Source: a virus. From it: a stretch of DNA of 64,000 nt. A program made the position numbers and the translations under genes. The stretch is taken from IMG/VR virus record IMGVR_UViG_3300037628_000643, positions 40,022 through 104,021 of that record, one strand, 5' to 3'. The notes beneath the pieces were generated by a model, which was not told the DNA's origin, ran no database searches, and saw only the letters and a list, made by a program, of their open reading frames with translations. Positions 10,098 through 19,306 of this stretch are shown piece after piece (within the stretch, counting starts at the first letter, position 1; each line of letters opens with the position of its first letter).

Positions 10098-13000
10098 TGA
10101 GACAGCTTTCTGATGCGTACAGACAGGCTAACACCGCTTATTCACGCGAGCCTAGGTTTTATGCAAAAATACTAAATGACACCAAAACAATATACATTAC
10201 ATCGCATAGTGACATAACTATTGTTGATGTTGGTTCAGAAATATTTAGTGGTGTATTAACATCGTCTGTCGGTAATTCACAAAAAATAACTCCTGAACGC
10301 GGATACTCTACTATTGGCGGAGCATCTTTATCACTTAAGGATCTTGGTTTTACAGAACTGTTGCGCGATCTTAAAGATAACTTTAATGATACGCTGAACA
10401 ATAACAAGGTAGAACTGTACACTGGGTTCAAGGATTTAGACACTGCAGACTATACACTGATCATTCCAATGTACGTCACTGGCATTGACAACAATGAACT
10501 TGACTACATCTTAAAATTAAGCGACACACAAAGATTTGTAAAAAAATCAATATTCAAGAACTTAGCATTAACAAAAGTCGTAACATCTCTCGGTTATGAT
10601 ACAGGTTCTATAGAGGTTGTATCTTCTGATGAATTTAATCGGGTAGAGCATGACTCAGGATGGACTGATGCCCCAAGCGCTACTGTTGGCTATTTTTCTA
10701 TCAGCGGAACGAATGAATACGGCGAAGACATAGAAGAGATAGCAAGATGGACTTCTGCTCCTGACTCTACACACTTTATTGTTGACGCAAGAGGGCTTTT
10801 TGGCACAAGACCTGTTGACATAGTAGGATCTATTGATGAGGGCAGTAGTGAGTTAAAAGAGCTTGTTTACCTTGATTTACCTGTACCTAAAATGATACTT
10901 GCTTTAATGACTGGAGACCTGCTTAATCAGGTTGGAGCTACACTACCAGATAGTTGGCATGCAGCTGTAGAGGCGTCACTAATAAGTTTATCTTCATTTG
11001 TAAATATAGGCGATGACCTTTCGAACTTTAATCTCCAATTCATTGGTGAATCTGATCAAGAGGCAAAAGGGTTTATAGCTAACCAATGCATGGCGCCAAT
11101 GAATTTGTTTACATTCATCAATCAAAACGGTGAGCTTAATTTAAAGCGTTTTTCTGCGCAATCATTAGTATCTCCAGGAAACTTAATATTAGATTACGAT
11201 AAATTAACAGCCATATCTCCAATCGAAAGAGACGCTAAATCGATAAGAAACATATTTTCTATAAACTGGGAGTGGCAGTTTAGCGGAGAATATTTCGCTA
11301 GAAGAGATATTTATATTGATGGAGATAGCATAGCCAGAAACAATCAGACATCTGTTGATTATCAGCTGGACTTGCGCGGCATAAGAAATTCTGGAAGAGA
11401 AGCAAAAACATCACTAGATAGTTTGGCAGAAGGAATTCGAGCCAGATTCAGCGAGCCAAGAGTTATCCCTACTGCATCATGCTTAATCAGGGATACTATT
11501 GAGCTTGAGGTTGGAGACGTTGTTCTTCTTGACCTTCCAAATCAACCTGACTTCGCGTCTCCAGATACGCTATTCTCTTCATTTGAAGTGCAAGGGATAA
11601 CATGGGATTTTCTAGCTGGAACATCTGTATTAAGTTTATTCGGATCTAGCGGTTCTGCTACACCAATAGGCTTGACTTCTGGAGAAGACATACCACTTCT
11701 TACTCATGATGGTTCATGGACTGATATAACCGGAGTTTTGACGGGAACAGACTCTGGAGGAACATTTACCGTAACTGCAAATGGAAACCTTCCTAGTGGA
11801 AAGTATTTCTATGATGGCAATATAGTTATTAATACTGGAATAACCGTTACGTTTAATGGCTCTACATGGATAGATTGTTTGGATTTCAGTATTATCGGCA
11901 CAGGGAAAATGGACGGCGCTGGTCGATCAGGTGTTCTTACGGCTGGGTTTTTTGGCGGAAATGATTCAGCACAAGAAGGCATGAAAAGAACTTTTGATGG
12001 CTCACTTTTTCCAGACTCGTACTATGTGAGACAAACACCTGGAAAAAATTCAGATAAAATAGCTGCATCTAATACAGTAGTACCGAGTGGTACTCTAGCG
12101 ACAATTGACGAAGCAAATAACTTAACCGGAATAGATTTCTCGGCTGCGCTGTACGGCAATGCTGGAGGGACAGGAGGCACGCTTGTATTCAGATCTCAAG
12201 TGCTTGATAGCGAAGATGATCATCTCGGCGGTGACAAGGTTTCTGGAGGTGCAGGTCTGGGTCTTATCTGTACAAATTTATTCGCTACCAATAAATCAAT
12301 AATAACGAATGGAAGCGACAATGACTTTACAGTAGGTAATGCAACTGCCGCTGGAGGAGGTAGCGGTGACTTCTATGCAGGAGCCGGTGGATTCGGTTGG
12401 CCTGGGGCTGTATTATGCTATCTAAAAGATAGAACCTCAGTTGTTCCGTCTATAAGAAATATCGTTGAAGCACGAACAGGCTCATGGGATGAAGCCGATG
12501 GATTCACTGTGGGATTTAGGCCGAAAACTAATGGGGCAAGAACAAGACAAAACAGATCCTCTGGCGACAAAATTGCACCTATATTCCCTAGCCAAGCTGC
12601 ACTAGCTGATAATGATTTCTCATCAGATGCATCAATTGTTTATCGAATAGCAAAAGCATCTGATCATGTTCCAGTCCCAGGTACGGACATAACACCAACG
12701 GCAAAACTTCCTACATTATCGACTATAGAAGAAGTTAACTTACCAAAGACACCACTTGGAAATCAAACAACAGTAACTATAACGGCAGTCGCAGCAATTG
12801 GAGATGATGCATATTCATATACACAATTCGCCTATAGATTAAAAGGGCAGCTACAGTGGGTTCCTATTTCTTATGGTATCAGAAATGAGTCTACCGTAAC
12901 TGTTGTCGCTGACGGTTCAACCTATGAATTTAGTGGTCAACCTGTAAATAATCAAGGGGTAGCATCCACTGGTCGATCAATTATTGAGCATACAGTAAAA

Positions 13001-14725
13001 TTAGTATCGAAAGATTCTGATGTCGGTGATGCTACGCCATCAATACCTCCAATACAACGCCTAGAGCTGGTTAATAGTGTTACAGGGCAAGGTGGTGATG
13101 GATGGGATCAATGGAAAGGCCCAGATGCTATTTTCAGATGGGCTAAATTATCTATAACAAATAGCGGAAATATTGTTACTCCAAACGGAATACTTGATCT
13201 TCATTTGGATGGATATCGTATTAGTATTTATGATTCTAGCGATAATTTATTGCGCGAAGAAATAGTAAGGGACAGTACCTTTACTTATACTTTAGAAAAA
13301 AATAGAAGAGACACAAATTTAAATCCAGTTCGTAATCTTAAATTTCAAATTCAAGCTGTTACTGTCAGTGGCTTCGAAGGTGAAGTGTCTGAACTGATTG
13401 TTTCTAATCCAGCACCTAGTGTTCCGGCTAATGTTACTTATAATCCTGGGTTTAGCTCTATTGCCATAAATTTTGACTTTCCAAACGATCTTGATTTCGT
13501 TGGTGTCAATCTTTATATAGCTGAAAGCCCTACAGACCCACTTACTATTGATCCTATATTGCTTACTGGCAATAACACAATTCGTGACGCGCTAGATTCT
13601 GGCACAACATACGGAATAGTGCTTGAATCGGTTGACCAATTTGGTATTGGTGCACAGACCACCCAAGCAAATATAGTTACAGACCTAATTAATGCCCAAA
13701 ACATTGGCGACCTAACCGGAACCATTACGCTAGATGAGAATGGCGGTCAGATAATAACTAATAACGATAACTTTATCTCTGTTATGGGAGCAGTTGATCG
13801 AGCTGGATTCGGTAATGGTACGCTAGTATTTCATACGTGGGATGGCAACACTGCTCCGTTTTGGGTGGACAGCGCTGGTGACGCTGCCTTTAGTGGAACT
13901 GTTACTGCCTCTACTTTTGTTGGCGGACTGGTGTCTAATGTGGAGGGAGCTTCCTTTGGAGATGACGGATATCAGCTTGGCGTGTTTGGTGGGATTCCTA
14001 AGTTTCATGTGGGTAATGGTAATAAATTTGTTCAGTTTGACGGCACTAATATTGTAACTGGAAAGGAGTCTGTTTTAAGGGGTGTTCGGTCATTCAATAC
14101 AGATCAGCTTATTTGGTATGACAATATGGTTGGGGTAGACGTAATTCAAAAATCAGCTGGTGCAACATTTTCTTTCAATCAGCAGCAGGGACTTATAATC
14201 ACCGTTCCTAGTAGCGCTCTTGATGAGTGGACTCACACTGTAGTCGGTCGAACAGGAGTATCCCTTACTGGGCAAAAAATAAACATGGAAAAGAATGGAA
14301 GACTTAAAGTTGGAATGACTGGTTCTGCAAGCACCAACGGTACTGTGTATGTATTAGCTGGCAGTAAAAATATATTAATAGACACTACTGGGTCATTTGA
14401 CAGAAATTGGGGCTTCAAGCTTGAAGGGAACGTTGCTTTTGCATACTACCAAGAGGGTAACACTAGGCGAATAGCTACAACTGGAATTACTGTTACAACA
14501 AATAAGTCAATTTTTGAGGTTGAGTACTTTGGCCTTGAAGGGCGGTGCTTAGTTACAGTTATAGATGAGTTTGGCGTTATTGTTGGTACATCACAAGTAA
14601 TCTCAACTCCTGCCACAGGTAGCGTCTTTGAGATATGGACTCATCAGATACATAGAAGTATCGCGCAAGGAGTTGTCTCAAGATCCACTATACTGTCCGA
14701 TATATTTATAGAACAAGATGCATGA
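10097..14725 (+). CDS. Tail tip / central fibre protein with FnIII-like domains
   Basis: 1542 aa; hub motif LEVGDVVLL, Gly-rich segment, FnIII-like NPAPSVP...YGIVLESVDQFG. Confidence 0.8.
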   Translation: MRQLSDAYRQANTAYSREPRFYAKILNDTKTIYITSHSDITIVDVGSEIFSGVLTSSVGNSQKITPERGYSTIGGASLSLKDLGFTELLRDLKDNFNDTLNNNKVELYTGFKDLDTADYTLIIPMYVTGIDNNELDYILKLSDTQRFVKKSIFKNLALTKVVTSLGYDTGSIEVVSSDEFNRVEHDSGWTDAPSATVGYFSISGTNEYGEDIEEIARWTSAPDSTHFIVDARGLFGTRPVDIVGSIDEGSSELKELVYLDLPVPKMILALMTGDLLNQVGATLPDSWHAAVEASLISLSSFVNIGDDLSNFNLQFIGESDQEAKGFIANQCMAPMNLFTFINQNGELNLKRFSAQSLVSPGNLILDYDKLTAISPIERDAKSIRNIFSINWEWQFSGEYFARRDIYIDGDSIARNNQTSVDYQLDLRGIRNSGREAKTSLDSLAEGIRARFSEPRVIPTASCLIRDTIELEVGDVVLLDLPNQPDFASPDTLFSSFEVQGITWDFLAGTSVLSLFGSSGSATPIGLTSGEDIPLLTHDGSWTDITGVLTGTDSGGTFTVTANGNLPSGKYFYDGNIVINTGITVTFNGSTWIDCLDFSIIGTGKMDGAGRSGVLTAGFFGGNDSAQEGMKRTFDGSLFPDSYYVRQTPGKNSDKIAASNTVVPSGTLATIDEANNLTGIDFSAALYGNAGGTGGTLVFRSQVLDSEDDHLGGDKVSGGAGLGLICTNLFATNKSIITNGSDNDFTVGNATAAGGGSGDFYAGAGGFGWPGAVLCYLKDRTSVVPSIRNIVEARTGSWDEADGFTVGFRPKTNGARTRQNRSSGDKIAPIFPSQAALADNDFSSDASIVYRIAKASDHVPVPGTDITPTAKLPTLSTIEEVNLPKTPLGNQTTVTITAVAAIGDDAYSYTQFAYRLKGQLQWVPISYGIRNESTVTVVADGSTYEFSGQPVNNQGVASTGRSIIEHTVKLVSKDSDVGDATPSIPPIQRLELVNSVTGQGGDGWDQWKGPDAIFRWAKLSITNSGNIVTPNGILDLHLDGYRISIYDSSDNLLREEIVRDSTFTYTLEKNRRDTNLNPVRNLKFQIQAVTVSGFEGEVSELIVSNPAPSVPANVTYNPGFSSIAINFDFPNDLDFVGVNLYIAESPTDPLTIDPILLTGNNTIRDALDSGTTYGIVLESVDQFGIGAQTTQANIVTDLINAQNIGDLTGTITLDENGGQIITNNDNFISVMGAVDRAGFGNGTLVFHTWDGNTAPFWVDSAGDAAFSGTVTASTFVGGLVSNVEGASFGDDGYQLGVFGGIPKFHVGNGNKFVQFDGTNIVTGKESVLRGVRSFNTDQLIWYDNMVGVDVIQKSAGATFSFNQQQGLIITVPSSALDEWTHTVVGRTGVSLTGQKINMEKNGRLKVGMTGSASTNGTVYVLAGSKNILIDTTGSFDRNWGFKLEGNVAFAYYQEGNTRRIATTGITVTTNKSIFEVEYFGLEGRCLVTVIDEFGVIVGTSQVISTPATGSVFEIWTHQIHRSIAQGVVSRSTILSDIFIEQDA

Positions 14726-14731
14726 AAACAT

Positions 14732-14768
14732 TTGACTACAATGCTTTATTATGCTAGCATTGTAGTCA
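14732..14768 (+). promoter_or_regulatory. Sigma70 promoter embedded in a 13-bp inverted repeat
   Basis: TTGACT-N17-TAGCAT; TGACTACAATGCT (14733-14745) / AGCATTGTAGTCA (14756-14768). Confidence 0.6.
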
Positions 14769-14787
14769 GCTAATCAAGGAGAAACAT

Positions 14788-15270
14788 ATGAAATCAATCA
14801 TTTTTTTAATGTTACTAAGCTTTAACTTAAATGCTGCAGAACTAAATCTAGGGTTTTATAGCTTTCACTTGTTTTCTTCTGGGCTAAATGAAAGTAACTA
14901 TCTTATAGGTATATCAACCAAACACGCTGAATTCGGAACCTATCAGAACAGCTATGACGTTAGATCATATTATGTTGCAAGAAAGTTTTCCTATAATGAC
15001 AAAATAAGCTTTATGGGTGGAGTGGTGTCTGGTTATAGCTCTGAATGCATTTTTGCATCTAATAAATCATCGCCAGTCCGAATTGATAAGAACAAAACAC
15101 CTCCAACACTGACAGGCGTCAGCGCCCCCGAATTACCCCCTGAAATCAATACATGCAATGAATCAGATTTATCCCCTCTTATAGCCATGGACATAACCCT
15201 AACAGACAATGTACATGTAATAGTTATGGGCGATGCATTCATGCTGGTACTAAAACTACCGATAAAATAA
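14788..15270 (+). CDS. Exported small beta-barrel-like protein (moron)
   Basis: Signal peptide MKSIIFLMLLSFNLNA; amphipathic strands SFHL, NSY, GGVVSGY; own promoter. Confidence 0.55.
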   Translation: MKSIIFLMLLSFNLNAAELNLGFYSFHLFSSGLNESNYLIGISTKHAEFGTYQNSYDVRSYYVARKFSYNDKISFMGGVVSGYSSECIFASNKSSPVRIDKNKTPPTLTGVSAPELPPEINTCNESDLSPLIAMDITLTDNVHVIVMGDAFMLVLKLPIK

Positions 15271-15314
15271 TTTGTGATACAATAGAGAACACTTTATTTT
15301 TCTCAGGTCTCTCC

Positions 15315-16847
15315 ATGTCACAAACGAAAACGGGTTTGTCTTCCCCAACAAATGCCTCTGCTACTGTTCTTGGTAATGGAACTTTGTGGCTCACTGAAGT
15401 CTCTATAGGCGACTTCTATATAAAAGCAGGTAACGCACTACCTATTGTCTACACTGTCGGAGGCATTGTATCCGATACAGAATTGACCTTAACAGCACCA
15501 TATGGCGATGCAACAGAAGTAGATATAGCATACGTCATTCATCGAGATTTTTTCCCAAATGGTAACGGACAATTATTTAGTACTGATGTAGAGACCGCTG
15601 GTATTTATAATGAGACGGCGAAGAGTGAAATTGTCCAAGGTGATCTGGGAACTGCTTCACTTGCAAGCGCAGAACGCTTATCAAACACACCTTATTGCAC
15701 AGATTCAGGTATTGCAGATGCTTACGTCCTAACGGTCGACTATACAAATGCAGCTGTTACCGCATACAATGACGGCGACCAATTTCGGTTTATGGTAACC
15801 AATACACCAACTGGTGGATCGACTATAAAAGTTGGTTCTGGAGCTGTCGTAGCATTAGTCAAAAAAGATGGCACAGCAATTACAGCGAGTTATTTTGCTG
15901 GTGGAGATGAACTTGAGATTCAATACGACCTTGCGAATAATCGGTTTTTTATTACAAGTGGAACATTGGCTCAACTTGATGGACAAATAACTCCAGCTGT
16001 TTCTGGAAACACAGTTGGTGATTTAACAAAAGTTGGCGATGACATTTCAAACTTTACTGGTATTGGTCGAAAGAATTTATTAATCAATGCAGGCTTTAGG
16101 ATTAATCAGGAAGAGTATGTATCGAGTGCAACTTTAGCTGCTGGTGAATACGGTCATGATATGAACAAGGCTGGTTCATCAGGTGGAGACTATACATTCA
16201 CACAATTAGCCAGCACTACTGAAATAACTATTTTGGCCGGCAAGTCTTTAATCAATGAAATTGAGTCCAAAGAAGTAGAGGGCGGCACTTATGTTTTGTC
16301 ATGGGAAGGAACCGCAAAGGCGCGAGCCGGTGTTGATTCATTAATTCCATTAGGAACATTTGTGGTTAGCCCATTAGTAATAAATGCTCAAACAGCATCC
16401 ACTGTAATGTCAGTTGAATTTGATGAAGGCACATTAAAGAAAAAGAAATTGGAAAGAGCGTCAGTACCAACAGAATATAGAGAGGTAAGTATTGGTAATG
16501 ATGAGTATGAATGTTTCCGTCATTTTGAAAGGATAAGGGCTGATGCTGCTGGATATCGTTTTTCTGTAGGGTATCAGGATACTACTATAGCTTTAAATTC
16601 AATATTATTTTACCGAGAAAAAAGAATTGATTCGGTAGTAATAAGCAGCAGTGCTGTATCTAATTTTACGATGATAACCGCTGGCGCAATTGCAAACATA
16701 ACCAGTTTAACCACCTCGAACGCATCACGAAGTCGAGCAAATCTAGCAGGCGGACACAATCCGTTTGGTGTAGCCGGAAACGGGTGTATGGTTCGAGCCA
16801 TAAGCGCTAGTGCATTTATTGACATAGACGCGAGGTTAATAACATGA
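15315..16847 (+). CDS. Side tail fibre protein
   Basis: ATVLGNGTLW N-terminus, KNLLINAGFRINQ motif, C-terminal CFRHFER...IDARL fibre tip. Confidence 0.8.
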   Translation: MSQTKTGLSSPTNASATVLGNGTLWLTEVSIGDFYIKAGNALPIVYTVGGIVSDTELTLTAPYGDATEVDIAYVIHRDFFPNGNGQLFSTDVETAGIYNETAKSEIVQGDLGTASLASAERLSNTPYCTDSGIADAYVLTVDYTNAAVTAYNDGDQFRFMVTNTPTGGSTIKVGSGAVVALVKKDGTAITASYFAGGDELEIQYDLANNRFFITSGTLAQLDGQITPAVSGNTVGDLTKVGDDISNFTGIGRKNLLINAGFRINQEEYVSSATLAAGEYGHDMNKAGSSGGDYTFTQLASTTEITILAGKSLINEIESKEVEGGTYVLSWEGTAKARAGVDSLIPLGTFVVSPLVINAQTASTVMSVEFDEGTLKKKKLERASVPTEYREVSIGNDEYECFRHFERIRADAAGYRFSVGYQDTTIALNSILFYREKRIDSVVISSSAVSNFTMITAGAIANITSLTTSNASRSRANLAGGHNPFGVAGNGCMVRAISASAFIDIDARLIT

Positions 16848-17155
16848 TTATTAACAGCGTAAAAATTAGAGGTGATGATTTCTCCGCTGTTATTTGTGGT
16901 CGAGAACACTTTGGTATAAAGAAAGGATCTAGCTTTTATCCAGAAGTAAAAGAATGGATTGAAGCAGGAAATACACCTGAACCAGAATTCACTAAAGATG
17001 AACTTGACCAGCAAGCGCAAGAGAAAGTAAATGCTGACGCAAAGAAGTATTTAGACGATACTGATTGGTATATAACCAGACGAACAGAAGCTAGCAAGCC
17101 AATTCCTAATGATATATTAGAAAAGAGACAACAAGCAAGAGACGCAATCGTATGA
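16844..17155 (+). CDS. Tail fibre assembly chaperone
   Basis: WIEAGNTPEP and YLDDTDWY...RQQAR motifs. Confidence 0.7.
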   Translation: MIINSVKIRGDDFSAVICGREHFGIKKGSSFYPEVKEWIEAGNTPEPEFTKDELDQQAQEKVNADAKKYLDDTDWYITRRTEASKPIPNDILEKRQQARDAIV

Positions 17156-17685
17156 CTAATTTTAGAGACAACACAATAAAAGAAATCATCCGCATAGAAG
17201 GCGGATACAGTAACGACAAAAATGACAGTGGAGGCGAAACCAAATACGGTATAGCAAAAAAATCACACCCGAACATTGACATTAAGAATTTAACAAAGTC
17301 AGATGCAACAAAAATCTATATTGATATGTATTGGAACTCTATAAGAGGTGATGACTTAACAGCTATCTCCACCCTTATTGCTAATGAAGTTTTCGATACA
17401 GCAGTGAACCTTGGCGTCAACCGTGCATCAAAAATATTGCAAAGAAACTTAAATGTATTCAATAACAGACAAGAGTATTATAACGATATACTTGTAGATG
17501 GAGACATCGGCAATGCGACAATAGTAACGCTACAATCTTATGCTAGAAAACGCTTCAACGATGGAGGCGAAGAAGTATTGCACAAGATGCTTAATTGCCT
17601 TCAAGGTGCGTTTTATGTCGATCTATGTGAGCGCAGAGAGAAAGACGAAAAATATATGTTCGGCTGGGCGAAGAACAGAACATGA
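17152..17685 (+). CDS. Endolysin, glycoside hydrolase family 108 with peptidoglycan-binding domain
   Basis: EGGYSND..DSGGETKYGI, FDTAVNLG, VDG.IG..T, GW.NR. Confidence 0.92.
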   Translation: MTNFRDNTIKEIIRIEGGYSNDKNDSGGETKYGIAKKSHPNIDIKNLTKSDATKIYIDMYWNSIRGDDLTAISTLIANEVFDTAVNLGVNRASKILQRNLNVFNNRQEYYNDILVDGDIGNATIVTLQSYARKRFNDGGEEVLHKMLNCLQGAFYVDLCERREKDEKYMFGWAKNRT

Positions 17686-17903
17686 GTCTTCCAACCAGAA
17701 AAAATAGAAGATTAATAGCTATTTGGACTATGGTACTAATTTCAATGGTAGTGCTTAGGACATTATTTTTACCTGATCTTCCACCACAGGCATCAGGCCT
17801 TCTTATGGTCATTGTGCCATCATTGATCACTATTATTGCTGTATTTATCTCAGGTGAGACATATAGTGATCATTCTGCTAGAAAGCATAAAGAGGATGCG
17901 TAA
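17682..17903 (+). CDS. Holin (2 TM)
   Basis: 73 aa, two hydrophobic helices, basic N-terminus, next to the endolysin. Confidence 0.6.
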   Translation: MSLPTRKNRRLIAIWTMVLISMVVLRTLFLPDLPPQASGLLMVIVPSLITIIAVFISGETYSDHSARKHKEDA

Positions 17904-18304
17904 TGGAAATCATACTGTCAATAACAATCATCCTCTCATTGCTTGGAAACTTTTTTCAGCATAATAAAATACAAAATGTAAAAGAAGACAACAAAATAAT
18001 AACAATTGCCGCAGAAAAAAATTACAACGCATACATTATCGCTATAAAGGCAAATGAAGAATATGAATATATTATTACTGATATGGAAAGTGCTAGCGAG
18101 TCCTGCAACAAAGATCTTGAGTTCGCTATTAACAAGTTCGACAGGTGGCAAGATTCTGAACGTCTCCAAGAGAGCATTATCAAAGATCTCGAAGAAAGAC
18201 TTAGCCATATTGATTATAGCGATAGCTGTGTCGTTCCCGCTTGGGTGGATTTTGAAGCCGGAGAAGCAAGTATTAGTAGTGTCGGAACCGGAGATGATCA
18301 GTAG
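17903..18304 (+). CDS. i-spanin (Rz-like)
   Basis: N-terminal TM, coiled coil, C-terminal C.VP motif. Confidence 0.65.
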   Translation: MEIILSITIILSLLGNFFQHNKIQNVKEDNKIITIAAEKNYNAYIIAIKANEEYEYIITDMESASESCNKDLEFAINKFDRWQDSERLQESIIKDLEERLSHIDYSDSCVVPAWVDFEAGEASISSVGTGDDQ

Positions 18305-18497
18305 GCCCGTATATGTAACTAAGATACAATATGAGATGCCACTTCTTTTGTGTCCAAAGCCAACAATTAATGGCAAAGTTGGTGGCATGACAATGGTCGA
18401 ATTTCAATTATGGGGACAGAAATCATGGAACTGGATTTCAACTTGTTATAATTCTATTATCACAGAAAGTGATATAATACGCATAAATAACTCTTAA
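18054..18497 (+). CDS. Overlapping Rz1/o-spanin-position protein (no lipobox visible)
   Basis: +1 frame overlap with the i-spanin; LLLCPKP...C motif; start uncertain. Confidence 0.5.
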   Translation: MKNMNILLLIWKVLASPATKILSSLLTSSTGGKILNVSKRALSKISKKDLAILIIAIAVSFPLGWILKPEKQVLVVSEPEMISRPVYVTKIQYEMPLLLCPKPTINGKVGGMTMVEFQLWGQKSWNWISTCYNSIITESDIIRINNS

Positions 18498-18514
18498 CAT
18501 TCAAGGAAATAAAC

Positions 18515-18937
18515 ATGCAGTCTTTAACAGCCTTTTTTCAAGGTATTTTTCAGCATAAAGCAACTACTCCAGCCAGTATTATTTTTGCAGTAATTGTTTA
18601 TTGGTCTGGATTTCAAACCACACAAGAAACAGCAGAAACAAATGCAATTGAGGTGTCACAGCTTGTTATCCAAGTATCTAGTCTTACCGATCAGATTGGC
18701 GAAATAAGCGATCAATTGTATGAAATGAAATATGAACCCGCGTATAAAATTATTAAACTCGGTCTCGCAGGAAAAAGCCATGACGAAGCAATTGAAAGGA
18801 TCAAATTTTGGGTCGATGAAGATTGGGTTGCAAAAATAGTAAATCTAACAGAACTATGCGAAGAGCCTAGTCGAAAATATCTAATGAAGATTGGCGGGCC
18901 ACAAGGCGCTGTAGATTATTGTAGGGCACTTTCTTAA
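18515..18937 (+). CDS. Membrane-anchored hypothetical protein in the lysis cassette
   Basis: AAGGA RBS, one TM, coiled segment, two Cys. Confidence 0.6.
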   Translation: MQSLTAFFQGIFQHKATTPASIIFAVIVYWSGFQTTQETAETNAIEVSQLVIQVSSLTDQIGEISDQLYEMKYEPAYKIIKLGLAGKSHDEAIERIKFWVDEDWVAKIVNLTELCEEPSRKYLMKIGGPQGAVDYCRALS

Positions 18938-18971
18938 AAAATTATGCCCACTATTATGTGGGCATTTTTTT
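18936..18971. terminator. Bidirectional intrinsic terminator between convergent modules
   Basis: A6-tt-ATGCCCAC-tattat-GTGGGCAT-T6. Confidence 0.85.
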
Positions 18972-18972
18972 G

Positions 18973-19206
18973 TCAATACTTAAATGTATCTATCGTTTTC
19001 CCAGACTCATTCATGATATAGACTTTTTCATCTTTGAATACAGTGTGATCTATTCTTCTCTGCATGCCTTCGCCATGATGCTCATACTGAACTATCGCCT
19101 GAACATCATCGTGCGCACTAATATTAAGTGCTTCAGCTAGTGGCTTAAAATCAATATGACCCTTTGCGGTAATATTTATACCTCCGTCTTTAACCTCGTC
19201 AATCAT
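18973..19206 (-). CDS. Hypothetical protein
   Basis: GAGG RBS before ATG 19206; VYIMNESGKTID motif common in small phage proteins. Confidence 0.6.
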   Translation of the reverse strand: MIDEVKDGGINITAKGHIDFKPLAEALNISAHDDVQAIVQYEHHGEGMQRRIDHTVFKDEKVYIMNESGKTIDTFKY

Positions 19207-19306
19207 TATTCCTCTCTTTCTTTCTATCTTTATAACAAACATATCTACTTCCTTCTTCTATGTGCGTTATTGCACGGTAATATTTAATCACAAACAAAAA
19301 CACTTG

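Noticed and set aside
15315-16847. Diversity-generating retroelement or invertible tail fibre cassette
   Set aside because: No reverse transcriptase, invertase or duplicated variable/template repeat was seen in the window.
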